From Euglena gracilis (lineage: Eukaryota), in NCBI GenBank assembly GCA_039621445.1, contig CP154954.1:42153572-42217571 (forward strand): a stretch of 64,000 nt of DNA, read 5' to 3'. The notes beneath the pieces are model-generated. The model was not told the DNA's origin. It saw nothing but the letters and a program-made list of their open reading frames with translations, and searched no databases. A program made the translations under genes and the position numbers. Positions 38,085 through 51,500 of this stretch are shown one piece after another. Numbering within the stretch: the stretch's first letter is position 1; each line of letters starts with the position of its first letter.

Positions 38085-38790
38085 TGTGTTTCTATATATA
38101 CATATATAACATATATATACATATATAATATATGTATGAACCATGCCCCCCCCTTTACTGTTCCCCCCTTACTGTTTTCATTGGGGGGACGGGAACAGTA
38201 CAGTGTCATAGCACTTTTGTAAAGGATTCTTGGCACAAGGCAAAAAGGGGAATCTTTTGGTCGGTTTTAGGTGCTTTCCATCCCACCAAAATCCAACTTT
38301 ATGCCAAAACTTTATGCCGGACGTTGTGGAGGTGCAATTTTCAAGCATGTAAACCATTTTGGCATTTTGGGTAACCTTTTGGGTCAAACTTGGGACTCAA
38401 AAGGGGGCACGGGAGGGGGGGGCATGGTATATATATTTATATAAAGGAATATATACATACATGTGTGTGTGCGTGTCTACACAGACATGCATACATGAAT
38501 ATTTTCATTTGTATGTGTTTATGTGCACCCCCCATTACGTACCCCCATTATGTACCCCTTGGGGGGGAGGTACAATAATGGGGGGGGGGCAGTCCCAAGA
38601 GGAATGCACCTCGCCCGGCCATCCGCAGGCATGTTCCGCCCATTGTGAACCCCCCCCATTGTACCTCCCCCCCAGTTTCGGCCTCCCGGAGGAGGTATAT
38701 AATGGGGGGGGATGGTATATATGTATATATGCACACACATATACATATATATACATATATATACATATATGCATGCATATATGTACATAT

Positions 38791-38821
<31 letters not shown>

Positions 38822-38825
38822 CATT
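38085..38825. repeat. TA/CA-rich microsatellite tracts interrupted by small MITE-like blocks
   Basis: Alternating purine-pyrimidine tracts at ~38085-38140, 38425-38525, 38715-38825. Confidence 0.8.
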
Positions 38826-39500
38826 CGGAAACAATAAACAAGGGATTTGCCCCCCAAAACGGGGTGGAAACACAAGGGATTTTGTTATTTTGGGGCCCTC
38901 AGACAGACTCAGTTGCGGGTCGGGCCAGGCCGGGTCGGGCTACTGGGCTGAGGGCAGGCCGGGCTGGACTGCTGGGCCATCAGGCCCCGGTGGGGGAATG
39001 CGTGCGTGGGCAGGCACCCCAAGGCACCCAGATCCGACCCCCCCAGGGCCAGGGGATTTCAAGACTCCCTATCCCTGGGCCGCCACACTGCAACCCGGCT
39101 CTGGGCTATATTTAAGGGCTTCTGAGAGTTGCTGGTTGGTTTTGCCCCCCAAGGATAGGGAAGTAACCCCTCCCCCCAGACGTTGGGAGGGGGTCCGGCC
39201 CTCCCACTCCTCCTCCTTGAAAGGTTCCAATGGCAGTGAAATTTTTTCTTCCAGTACTGCGCGCCGGAAAATGAGCAAAACAACACCCTTCTTCCTCACT
39301 TTGGACATATTGCCCGTTTTTTTTTGATGTTTTGGTGGTCTCCACATGAAAAATGTGAAATAATTCAAAAAAATGAGTGTTTTCGGGTTCAAAAAAAATT
39401 GGGTATTTTCACCAAATTTGGCCCGATTTCTGGCCGGGCGGCGGCCACGATGGGCCCCTCCTCCTCCGCACCCCTGGTCCTTTGCCCCGCCTTCCCCCAG

Positions 39501-42500
39501 GTTTGATACTGCCGTTGCTGCATGTCACCCTGAACCGCCTGCTCTTCCCTGGGCTGCTGGCCGCCCACCATGCCCGGGCCAAACACCGGCAGTGCGCCGC
39601 GGATGAGGTTGCATTGACGAGTTTGTGGTGTCCGCGGTTTATCGTGTTGTATGTGTGTTGTGTGAGCTTTCCAAGAGTCAATTGACATCCGCATTTCACT
39701 GGAATCACTGTCCGGAAGTGACCACAGTCGTGCCCAAATTGTTTGAATTTGTGCACCATAAGAATGATGGTATGGAGTCCCAGGAAAAGATGCTCAGGCT
39801 TGAAGCCTCCTGAATGTGCAAGGGAGGACATACGAAGAGGTTTGGTCCCTAGTTTTGAGTCCACTGCACAACCACGTGTGTTGTACTGGTCCATCTTCTC
39901 TTGCCTCATTGTCTAAGGCAGACCTGGGAGCAGGACAACTAGGTAGCGGCGCTCGCCTGTGCACGTATGTCCACGGTTGCACAGCCGCCGCCCCGACCAG
40001 CCCCCGCCAATGGGGTTGTCCTCACCAGCGGCCATCTCCGGTGGAAGGGACCCCTCCTCTTTCGAAGACGTTAGTCCCTAGTTTTGAGTCCCCCTCGAAC
40101 CAACACGTGTTCCCTCTCCCTGGCGCTGGACATACCTGGCGGGGGCCCCTATTTGCCCCTGACAGAGCGCATTACTCGCTGTGCACGTCAACGCGTGTGC
40201 ACAGCCCGCTTTTCGCCGACCAGCCCCGCCAGGGGTTGTGTTCCCTCCCAGCCGCAACCGTATGTTCGCGTCCATCTCCGGTGTTTTTAGTTGAGTTTTT
40301 TCGCCCGGCGGGGCTCCAAGTCCAGCAGCCTCGCCAGCACCAACATTTCCCCGTCCCTCCTCTCCAACAGCTTTGTGTGTATCCTGCGCAGGGGCAGGCT
40401 CGGGCTCGGGGCCGTGTGGCCTCCGAAAGACACAGCACAAAGAGGGTGCGGCGCAGACATTCAGCCCAAAAAGGATTGCTCTGACTCTCCTTCGGCCCAG
40501 TCCTCCATCTTTTAACCACTCCAACCGATCACCTGCTGGACATGATTTGTTTTGTTTTCCACCTGTTTCATGCCAACGTACCGCAACTGGTGCCCCCAAG
40601 GAGTTTGGTCATGAATGCAAATTTGAACCCCTCCAAGTTTGCTTTTTTGCAACAACTGACGATTTCACCCCCCATCTTTTTCAGTGTTTCAACCTTTTTT
40701 GCATTGCCTAGAATTCATAAAAAGGCAAATTTGCCCCCAAATGTGCCCCGACGTTTGCCCCCAGCCTGACTCCCGCGATGAGGGTCTAGCTGAACCTCAC
40801 GGCTCATGTCCTTCACTGCATAGGCATTGACCTCCTCTGGCACGGCGCTGCCCACACAAAAACAGCTTCTTTTTTGAGTTTCCGCTTTGATTTTTTTTGA
40901 GAGGGCGGCCCGCTGGGGTGGCCATGGCCCTGACCCCTGAGCCCACCCCCCATGCAACGCCCGGTGACTGACCCGCCCGCCCTCCCGCCCCCTCACGACG
41001 AGCAGCTGTTCGAGATCTTCCAAACGTTTGCGACAGACCCAGGGCGGCTGCACTGCCTCCCCCGACCCAGGGGAGGGGCACCGGCAAGATCCTGCCTTTG
41101 GACCTCGAAATGTCGGAAGTCAGTGAGCGCAAGGCTGAGGCCCGCAGGATGTGGGGGCTTCTCTGGTTTGAAGGCAGAACACCCCCGCTCTCAACCTGCT
41201 GCCTGAATGCGACAATGCGGCAGGTTTTGCAATCTCAAATCAAATGTTCAGCCTTCAACCATCCCCCCAAAAATTGGGGGCGTGATCCCCTGAGCCCACC
41301 CCCCATGTGACTGGAGGGTATCCGGCATCCCGATGGGACTGAGATGGCACCTTGATTATGAATTTGTACCCATCTTAGGAATCAAAACTGCCAAAAATGT
41401 GTCTTGGATTTCTAATTGGACCTATTTTTTTCGAAGAAAAGAGTCTCAAAATGGGCACATGCAAATTGGATGTGACGTCACGGTCAAATTTCCACATTCC
41501 CACCCCGCAACCCCTGCAGCCCCCCCCCCCATTGAACCCCTGCAGCGACCCACACACCCCCATTAAAAAACAATATTTTGCTGTCTTGTGTGTCCTTTTT
41601 ACCCCTGTCCAGTCCTCCAAACATCAGAAATCAGGGGGGGGGGAAGGGCAAAAACACATTTTTGTGTATTTTTTTGTTCTTTGTTCCAGTGTTGTTTCTT
41701 CAGTGTTTTTGCTGGGAATTTTTTTGACAATGAAACGTTTCTCATTTTGGCCCCAACTTTTCCCCAAGGCCAAAAATTTTTTCTGTCAATCTTTTGTCAT
41801 TTTTGCATTTCTTGGTTGAAGAAAATGCTTATTATCCTGCGAAATGAAAAAGTTTCCCAGAGCCAATTTTTTTCAAGTCCTCTCCAGCAGAAAGTGTTTA
41901 TCCCGGGGAAGCTCCAAAAGGAATTTCCATTCAATTTGCTTTTGTGTTGATTTTTTTGTTTATTTATGTTTTTCTTGCGTTTTTTTTTTGTGTGTATTTT
42001 TGTGCGTCACGGTTTTCGCTGGCCCATGCTGTGCCCCCCCCCCCCCCACACAGAAATTGGTGCAAGAAGCAGGAACTGAACGAAGGACACTCACAAAGTT
42101 CAGGAGTGCTGGGGAATTGTCAAAGGGCATTCCACCCCATGGAGGGGGAGGTCAAGAAGCCTGCCTGCTGCCAGCAGCCCCCCCGCCCCAAGGCCGTCCC
42201 CCCCCCCCCCCCGCTGGGCCCAGCTCAGCTGAGCTCAGAATTCGTCTGCGGAAAGCGTCGTTTTTTTCTTTATTTAGAAAACAAGCAACAAAGATCAAAT
42301 GTGGTGTTTTGAGGGCCCTTAACACCGTCGGTTGTGGTTGAGGTTTCTTGTGAGTTTGGGAACGCCCAGCCTGCAACCAGCACCTCCCCCCCCCAAAGAA
42401 GCTTTGCCCCCTGAAACCCCCAGGGAGGGGGTCCAGCCCGCACCTTTTTCCAGCCAGCATCCCCCTTCATCTCTGGCATCTCTTTGGCAACTGCCTCAAT

Positions 42501-45500
42501 TTCTGCAGCAACCCCCCCCCCCCCCGGAAAGGCCGGGCCAGAGGTGTGGGCAGTGCAGGCGGCCTGGGACAGATGGGCTGGTCCATGTGGATCAGATCCC
42601 GACCATCCTGACCCTCCGGGATGAGAAATACTCCGCTGCCGAGTCCAGGGCTGGAAGCTTCTGTTGGGATGCCCTCCGTTGTTTTGAATTCTGGGAAGGC
42701 AGTGTTCGATGCCTGGCTCAAATGAGGACTAATGCGGCACAATTTTGCCAAAAGAGTTTGCACTTCTTCCCCCAGGATGGCCATATGATGGTCAGACGGT
42801 GGTGATTGCCACCAACTGTTTTTGGTGCATTTTCTCCAGTCACAAGGTGCAGAGCATGTGTAAATCATTGCTGGAAGTGCAGACATGATGCGCGTGTGTG
42901 CGTGTTGTGCGTAACTGTGTAAGTGTGTGCGTGCGTGTGTGGGTGGGTGGGTGTTTTGGGAGCGTGTGGGCAGGTGCGAGTGAGTGTGAACGTGTGCAAC
43001 TGCTTACGTGCTCTCTCTCAATTCTCTCTTTCTCTTTGTGTGTGTTTGTGTGCGTGCATTTGTATCAGGAGTCTTGGACTCCCAGGGGAGGGGGGTAGGA
43101 CAGGTGGGTCCGGCCGAGCCCCCACGGGGGGTGTCCCCCCAGGGGCCGGTGGGATATACTTTTTGGCGCCGAATGCGCCGAAATTTTTCAAAAGGTGTTA
43201 TTTTTAGCATTTTTCGCAATTCTTTTGGCCATTTTCAGGGAAAATTGAGTGGGCCCCGGGACCCCCCGTCCCCCACAGGGGGGGGGGGTGGGTGGGGGAC
43301 CCCTCCCCCGGTCTTAAAAAAAAAGCACCCTGATTTGCATACGGATGAGTGAGTAAGTGAGTGTGTGCTTGCATGTGTTTCCCTGTGCCAATGTAGAGCG
43401 TCTGTGTATGTTTGCACCAGCCTTGCCCCTGATCGACCGGGCTGTCCATGCCACGACCCTCTCCGTCGGGGGAGGGGGCTGCCTACTGCCGTACGACCAG
43501 GTGCTGGCGGTGTGGCAAACCCTGAGCGTCCCCGGCAGCGAGGACACCACCCCCCGCTGCGACCAGAAGACGCCTGTGCCGCCGAGCTGGTGGCCGGGGT
43601 ATGGATGCCTGCGCACCAGACGGCAGCACTCCCTGACGCTGGGCGTGCGCTCCAAGCCGACCAACTGGCTGCTGTGTGTGACCCTTGTCATGGTGAGGCG
43701 CACCCCGGGCCATTGAAATGCCATTTGCCTCGAAATGGATCATCTGCACCTGAAGTTTGTCAGGTTGAACTCCCATGGTATGGTTGGGTTTTACTGAGTG
43801 TACCTATGGCGGACGTTACGCCTTGTCAAATCCCCATGGGGTTGTTTGCTACCAGAGATGGGTTCGGCCCTTCTTCGGACATTTGTTGGGGGGCGTGCTA
43901 AATCCCAAAAACTCATGCCTGTGCCACTCCCACTTTTTGGACTTGGTATCTTTTAATAAACCAGTGCCTGGGTGTCATTGAGTACTCATCATTCTTGCAC
44001 GAGCACACAGTACCCACCAGGAATACTGAAAAAAATGAGTGACCTTCTGACCAAGAACTGGTTACAGATTTGATTTGGATTTGAAATGGCTGGATGAAGA
44101 GTGAGGATGCTGAAAGGATGGAGGGGGGCTGGGATCGCAGCAACCCCCAGCCTCTGTTCTCTCTTGCCAGCAGAGTCCGCCTCCCGTTGACCGTTGTGGT
44201 GGCGGCGATCATCACCGGCCTCGCCACTGCCTTTCTGTGGCGGTTCTCACCCATGGCTGGCCCATCCCGTGCCCCGTGGCTTTGGGTGGCTTTGGGCGGT
44301 GGAGGGGGGGGGGATGGTCACCTGACTGGCTTGATGTGGGGCCGAGGGGGCAGGTGGGGGCCCGGCCATGCGGGCGATCGAGCAGGAGATCCAGACGCTG
44401 CAGCGGGAGATGAACATTGTGCGGGACGCGGTGGAGTCCATCGGCGTCCGGCTCAACGAAGACTCCCACAGCTGGAAAATCCTCTTTGCCACAACCAAGC
44501 TGTGGCTGGGTGTTTGATTACAAGCTTCTTTTTCATTCGGAAACGACGCATGCGTCGATGAATTCGGAGCCGATTTTGAGGGGCCTGCACCAAATGATTT
44601 GTGGGGATCCGAAAACCTCCGACGCAAAGTGCTCGCAAACGTTGATAAATGACCAAAGATGAAGGAACCTGGCCATTTGAAGTGAACCAAATCAGTTTTG
44701 TCCCAAACTCCCAGGTTTTTTTTTTCAGAGCAATCAGCAGGGAATTGAGATTGTTCTGGTGTATTTTTTTGTGACGATGCGGACCTGGGCCAGGGGGATC
44801 CCAACTGGGGGTCTTGGCAGTTCCTTCTTGCCCAGCCATTTTCCCGAGGCTGGTTTGAAGCCAACCAAATCTCTGCCACATCCTTGTCTGGCTCTGGTGG
44901 CTGATGCTGAGCCTTTTATGTTGTTTATTGATTACACTGCGTCCATTAATTATTGGTGCATTTTTATTATTATTGTATTGTAATTAATCCTTTCAATTCA
45001 GATTATCATTTGATTATTTAATTGTTAATTATTTGATTGTTATTTAATTTTTATTTATGCATTTCATTTTGGTTGAGACTCCATATTTTTGTCATGTCCT
45101 CTTCTATGCCATTTCTGTTCTGTGGCCGGAGCTTGGGCATGAGACTGATGCAAGGCAACATCATTGGTGTCGCATATGTCAGGGACCCTGCAGCAACGTA
45201 ATGTTTTAAGGAGGAGAATCATGTTCGGCAACTGAATATATTATTATATTATAGGTCTGGAGAGTTTCTCAGACGAAAAAATACAATATTTGGCTGGGTG
45301 CATTGCATCACGATATTGAATTTGAGATTTTGATATTCATCTGATCTGATCGGATTTGATTCCCTTTCAGGCATCAGTGTGTGTTTTGTGATATTTTTTT
45401 TGTGCATCATGCGTATCACAACGAAAATTTTGTGCATCCCCAGTGTATCGCCAAAGTTTTGTGTTTCATTGTATATCACCAATGGCCCAGGCACTTTTGT

Positions 45501-48500
45501 GTATCACATATGTATCACCAAGAATTTACAGGAGAAGTCCAAATTGAAGGCGTTTTTTTAAATCTGTCAGGGGCTGAATAATCAAACACCTCACTGTTTT
45601 TGTAGACAGCATTCATCTCCTGACCCCGAAACCTCTCCCAGTCCATGGGCTGTGGTGATCGTATGTGCGCACTGTACAATTGAGCCCAGTCCTGTGAGAG
45701 CAAAACCTTTGCCTTCCCTTACACCTTGCTGGGCTGGTGCTGCCCTCCTGTAAAGTGCACACTGCGTGATGCTGCCCCTCAGGCTGGGTTGATCAGCCCC
45801 TCCCGGGTGGGGCTCGTGGAGTGCCCCAAAGTGTAGGAATGTGCTCAAAATGGGCCTGTTCCGGCCTTCCGGGCCTTCGCCGCCCAAACCCCCCTGGGCG
45901 AGGCCTTACACACGCCTTGGCCTGGATGGGGGCAGCGGGGACCCTCGGCCAACGCCACAGCGAACCGGTTCCTGGACGGCGTGGGGATGGCGCAGCAGGT
46001 GGTGCGGGGCCAGCTGGAGGAGGAGTGGCGGCAGCTGGTCCGGCAGGACCTTACGCTGGGCGTGCAGGACACCGTCGCCCAGGCCACCAACGAGGGGCAG
46101 CCGCCTCGGCTGGGTTCGACCAGCGGGAGACTGCAAATGCGTTTTCTGTGTTGTGTGTGATGTGTGTGTTCGATTTCGAACAAAATTTAGGTTTTTTTTT
46201 ATTTGTTTGTTTGTTTTTCTCGGGACACTTTTCCATTTTCGCCAACAATGAATTTGGCATGGAAAAAGAAACTTCATTTTTTGATTTTTTTTTCACCTGA
46301 TCTTTTGTGGGTCATTGTCGTGTTCCTTTAGGGGGTGCTGCAATCAGCAGCTGTGCTTCAAGCAAGGGCCCGTTCCTCCTCTGCTCCATTTCGGGTGTCA
46401 CCGTCCGAGCGATGCCCAACACAGCATCTGCCCCGCCACATTGGGCCACGTTGGGGCGGGGTTGCGGGCCTGGCGGGAACTGGCTGGCGGCGCTCAACGC
46501 CAGCGCGGCGCCGCTCGTCGACGCCCTCAACCAGCAGTCCGCCGCCCGGGACATCACGCTGGGGCGGTGGGCGGACGCGAGGCGCACTGCGATCACAGTG
46601 CTCACCGCCCACAACGTCTCCGGCCCCCCAGCGCGGCGTTGGTGCACAACCGCTGGGGTAAACGAGGGCGGGGTGGCAGGGGGGGGATGGAAGGTGTGAA
46701 GCAGCGCAGCCTCCACCTGTACTCCGCTGCATGCTTTTGACCCCCCGCGTATTAAGCCCGGAGGGCGGCCACGTTGGCCTGTGGCAGCGTTTCACGCCTC
46801 GTACACCTCTCAAGCACCTTCACCTCCGGGGGACACTGACTGAGTCACACGCGGCGCTGCTGCCAGTGTGCCGACGCCACCGCCTGGCCCTGTGGCCTCG
46901 CCCGGCACCGCCTGGCACTGCTGCGGGGCGCACTGGAGGCCTCGACCGGCAGCGCCAGCACGACCGACCCAGCCCTCACGGCACCACAGGGGTACGTGGC
47001 GGCTTGGGGGCGGCTGCCAGATGGCACAGCGCTCGTGTACGCGCTGAGCGCTGCGGCGGTGCAGGCCAAACAGGGGTGGGCAGGGCAGGGAGGGGCGGCG
47101 ATTCACTTTACACTGTGTGACACCGGTTTTCCAGAGTGGATGGGTGGGTTGGGGCCCAGGACCCACCCCCGGGGTTGGGGTGCAGCCACGGGTTAGGTTT
47201 TTGCCCGGCCGAAGGGCAGACCGGAAGATTCTTTCACTGTTTTCGGCCGGTTTTGGCTGGATTTTTCGGTGGGTGGGCGGGTGGTTGACCCCCCCCCCCC
47301 CGGGGAGGTAGGGGGTTGCGTGTCTTTAAGTGTGATGGGTGATGATGCACACTCACTTCTGCCTCAACTTGTTGAATCTCAGCAACCCCACCCCCAAATC
47401 ATTATTTGGGAGGGGATGCAAAAGATGATTCAAGTCATTCCAGTTCAATATCAAATGGCAAGATTTGAAAGCATGGGAGGAAACTTGGTTGATCAAAAAA
47501 CGAGAGAGGGTTTGGGTGCCTTTTTGGGGACCTTTCCCAACGTTGGGAATCTTGAAGATCGCTGTACAATTCGGGGCCAGTTTCCCGTCCTGGCACCGCT
47601 CCAGTGGGGAGGACCATTGCTTCATTACCCCCCTGTGTCCAATGACCGAAAACCTCTGTCCTCCGTCTGGGGGGGGGTCGTTGGACACAGGGGAGTCATT
47701 GGACATCCTTGGGGGGGGGCACTTTTTACCAGCCCCAAACCAACCCACCCAATTTTTTTTAAACCCACCGAAGCACAACCCCCCACCCACCCTGATCTGG
47801 CTTCATCTCACGTGTGTAAATGCAGAATTAAGTTAGAATTAAGAATAAATAATTAATACTAGAGTCTTCTGGCCCTTTGAGATGTGATACATGCGTTAAC
47901 ATGAACTGATAACATAAATACAATAAATGCCAAGGTGAATTTCCTGAGTGCCAAGGGGCACGGATGCCCGTGCCGAAGAATGCCCAATCCACGCCCGTCA
48001 TCCTTTTCTGTGAAGAAATCAGCTGGTGCCGGCGCCTCAAACAATGGCTGGGGGGACCTCCTTAATAATTGCCCCCACAGACCGCGGCCGACAACCGCCA
48101 TCCCCCCCCCCCCCCCGCTGTCCGCGGCCCCACCCCTGAGCCCAGGTTCGCGGAGCAGCAAACAACGGCCACCGCGGCGGGCTTTGCCGCCCTCAACGGC
48201 ACGCTGCGGGTCTTGCTGACCCGCCTCGACGCCAACGGCACCCTCCAGGTCACGGGCAGGTCCCGGTGTGGCGGCCCCCAGTGCACCGAGGGCGAAGGGG
48301 GAGGGGAGCTGGTCCCGGCTGGACCCAACCCTTGAACAGCCAATTCCCCATCAGCAACACACTGCGACAAAGCAGTGCATCGGACAGGAGCCATTCCGAA
48401 GGGATATATCTGTCCCAGAATAATTCCTCTGAAATGTGAGGGCGGCCAATGGCTGTGCTTGGACAAACACCGGACCCCGTTGAGGCCCCAGCTGCCCCCA

Positions 48501-51500
48501 TGGGTACCTGCTGTGGGAGGGCTGCCATGCCTGTTCGGAACCGACGACCAGTCCGGTAACCCAACGGCGACACCAGATGTTTCCCAGCGTTTGTTGTCCC
48601 CAAAACCTTCGGGGCGTTGCTTGCGCCCGGCAACAAGCCCCGGGGCTCCGCCGATGCCCCCGTTCAACCCCCAGAAACGGAGTGGCACGTCTGTCCCTGC
48701 CCCCGCGCCACTGGGGCCTGGCGGGGGGCCCCAGCGTCCCTGGCTGTCCCGGCTGGCAGTCCTGGCCGGGCCCCCACTCCCCCTGCCCCCTCCTCCCCCA
48801 CTCACCGGTCAGCGTGGGGGCCCGCCGCCGGCCCCCGCTGACGCGGGCGCTGAACGAGACGGCCCAGCAGTGGGGGGTGGACCCCTGCGGGGCGGACGAG
48901 GTCTTGGCCCGGCGGCCCCGGCGAGGGGTCCACTGTTTACTGTTTGCCAAACGTTTTTCCGTATGGGGGGGGGGCAGTGGCTGGGGTTGGGCGGGACTGG
49001 GCCCGCCGGCGGTCGGTGGCGTACGGCCCCGTCCCCAGCCTCGGCCTAGGGCTGGTCGTGTACCGCAACGCCTCCGCCGGGCGGGCGGCGGTGACGGCGG
49101 CGCTGGCGGGGACGTTTGAGCAGCTGAACCAGGACCCGACCCGCGAGGAGAAGCTGTTCCTCGTGGAACCTGCAGGGGCCTCCCTTTGTTCGCAGCTATC
49201 ATCGTATTGTGGATATAGGGCATTGGGGGCAGTGCCTTTTTGTATTGCTTTGTTGCCAGGGGATTTCTTACCCCCCCCCCCCCCGGGCAATTGACGCCCC
49301 CGGGCAATTGTCACCCCCCTCTGTGCCGGCCAAATTGTCACCCCGGGAAATTGTCACCCCCCTCAGTGCTGCCCGATTTGTCACGCAACAATTGCCCGGG
49401 GGGGGGGGGGTGAGCCGGAGGGGTCCAGACACAGAGCCAGCCAAGCCACCCAGCTCAAATCCAGCCAGCAGCCCAAATTCGGGCTGGAATCCCCGGGGGG
49501 GGGGGGGGGCGAGTGAAATAAAGCCGGGTCCAGCCCGGCCAGAGTCCGGGCCAGCCGGCTGCAGGCTGGCCAGCCAACTGGGCTGCCCAGATAGGTCACC
49601 TATCCCTGCATTCCCCCCCCCCCCCCTCACCACAGCTTCCTCCACCACAGCCCCCCAGCCTTGATCTAGCTCCATCCACCAAAATGTCGAAAATGGCAAA
49701 AAATTTAGAAAATTTTGTTTTTCACTGACCCAGCCCAGCCTCCTCCAGTCCCGGACCCCCCCCCCCCCGGGAGGTCCAGCCAGCCAGCTCAAATCCAGCT
49801 AGCAGCCTTTTTGCCAGCCGGAGGCTGGACCCCCCCCCCCCCGGGGGTGCTTAAGAAATCCCCTGTTTTTGTTGCTTTAAAATTTTGTTTTTGTCCTTTT
49901 CTCTTTCACCCACCAATTTTCTGTGTTGTGCTGGGAAGGAAAATTACAAATACTTCACATCCCCTCATTTTTTTTTTTAAGTTGAAGCCAATTTTGTCAT
50001 GGTTGGCCCCCCTAAAAAAGAAGGTTTCCAATTCGGTTCGCTGTTTTGGTTGTTTTTTTTTGCCACTGCCCTTTTCAAGGTCTGCTGAGGTGCTCAAAGC
50101 AGAACGATGCGGCCCCGGTTCAACTCTCCCAGGGATGGATGTGTCCGCTGCCTGACCCCAGCCAGCGCCGCCTTTTCAGTGTTGCGAACTCGCTGCAGGG
50201 TATTGATTCCCTGATACCTTTTCACCCAATCCCGGTGGAGGACACAACTTTCATGCTTCCTCTGGCGATCTGCCAAGGTTTAGACCGTGCTTTCCTCTTC
50301 CTTCCAACCAAAGGTATTGGAAACAGCCCTTGCTCTGTAAAGGGTTCAGGAGAGTATTGGGAGACATACATATGTGCCTGTCCGAGAGGACACCGTCGCT
50401 GTTGTCGTCGGTGTGCGTGGACGAATGCGATGGCGACCCACCGAATGGCTCGGCTCCCAACCGGGGCTTGAAGCAGGCGCTTTCCCGCTCGCAACACAAA
50501 ATGGGGTGGGTTGGGCCGGCCCGCTGGGCCCACTGGGGTATGGGCCAGGTGAGGGGGATTTGCTTCAAAAACAGATTTTGTGGTTGCGTTTTTTTGCACA
50601 GGTCGTTCAAGCCCCAGTGCGGGGTGGGGTGGGAGCCGCCAACCAGCCCCCCCCCCCCCCCAGCGGTTTCCAACGGCTTTGGTGGGGGATGGAAACATGT
50701 GATGGGCCGTTAAAGAGACCTGTTTTGGATAATCCCATGGGTCCCATGAATCCCCTCAGCTTAATTTCAAATCTGTTTGCAGATCGTTGTTTTGACGGTT
50801 TTTGCAACACCTCATCCCTGCATTTCTCAGCGTTGCTGCATTTCATGTGGACAGCACATCCTCGAAAACATTGTGTCAGGTCTTGAGCTTCTCGGAGGGA
50901 AGTGAGTTTTTTGAAGAAAAAAAATGCACACAGAGCCCAAAGTGGAATTTTGAATCCCATTCGCAAACAGAGGTTTTGTGTGTTGTTTGTTTTGATTTCA
51001 TTTTTTTGTGTTTTTTTTTTAATTTGGGGAATCAACCCCCCGCCAGTCATGCAGATGCTCTTTCAACTTGAAAAAGAGTACATACGATGAAGTTGTGGCT
51101 GTTTATTTATTCCAGGGGATTGTTTGGGTGCAAACAACAGCTGTGCCCACAACACCAGCAGAACGTCACCTGAGAAATGAAGAAGAGTTTGTGGAATTGC
51201 ACGGTGATTTTCCAGAAGGACGGAAAAAAGGGATTTTCCAGAAGGAAGGGGGGGAGTGTGGGGTGACAGTGGGGGGGAGTGTGGGGGGTAAGTGTGGGGT
51301 GACAGTGGGGGGGAGTGTGGGGGGGAGTGTGGGGTGACAGTGGGGGGGGGAGTGGGGGGGAGTGTGGGGTGACAGTGGGGGGGAGTGTGGGGGGTAAGTG
51401 TGGGTGGGTTGGTGGGTCTGCTGGATCCCTCCCCCCTGGGGGGAGGTTGACTGGGCAGCCTGCCAGAGTTTTCCTCCATTCTCGGCAGGAAAGTGCCGAG

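Noticed and set aside
38359-39327. 322-aa ORF
   Set aside because: Runs through TA/CA microsatellites and MITE-like blocks, with no recognisable motif.
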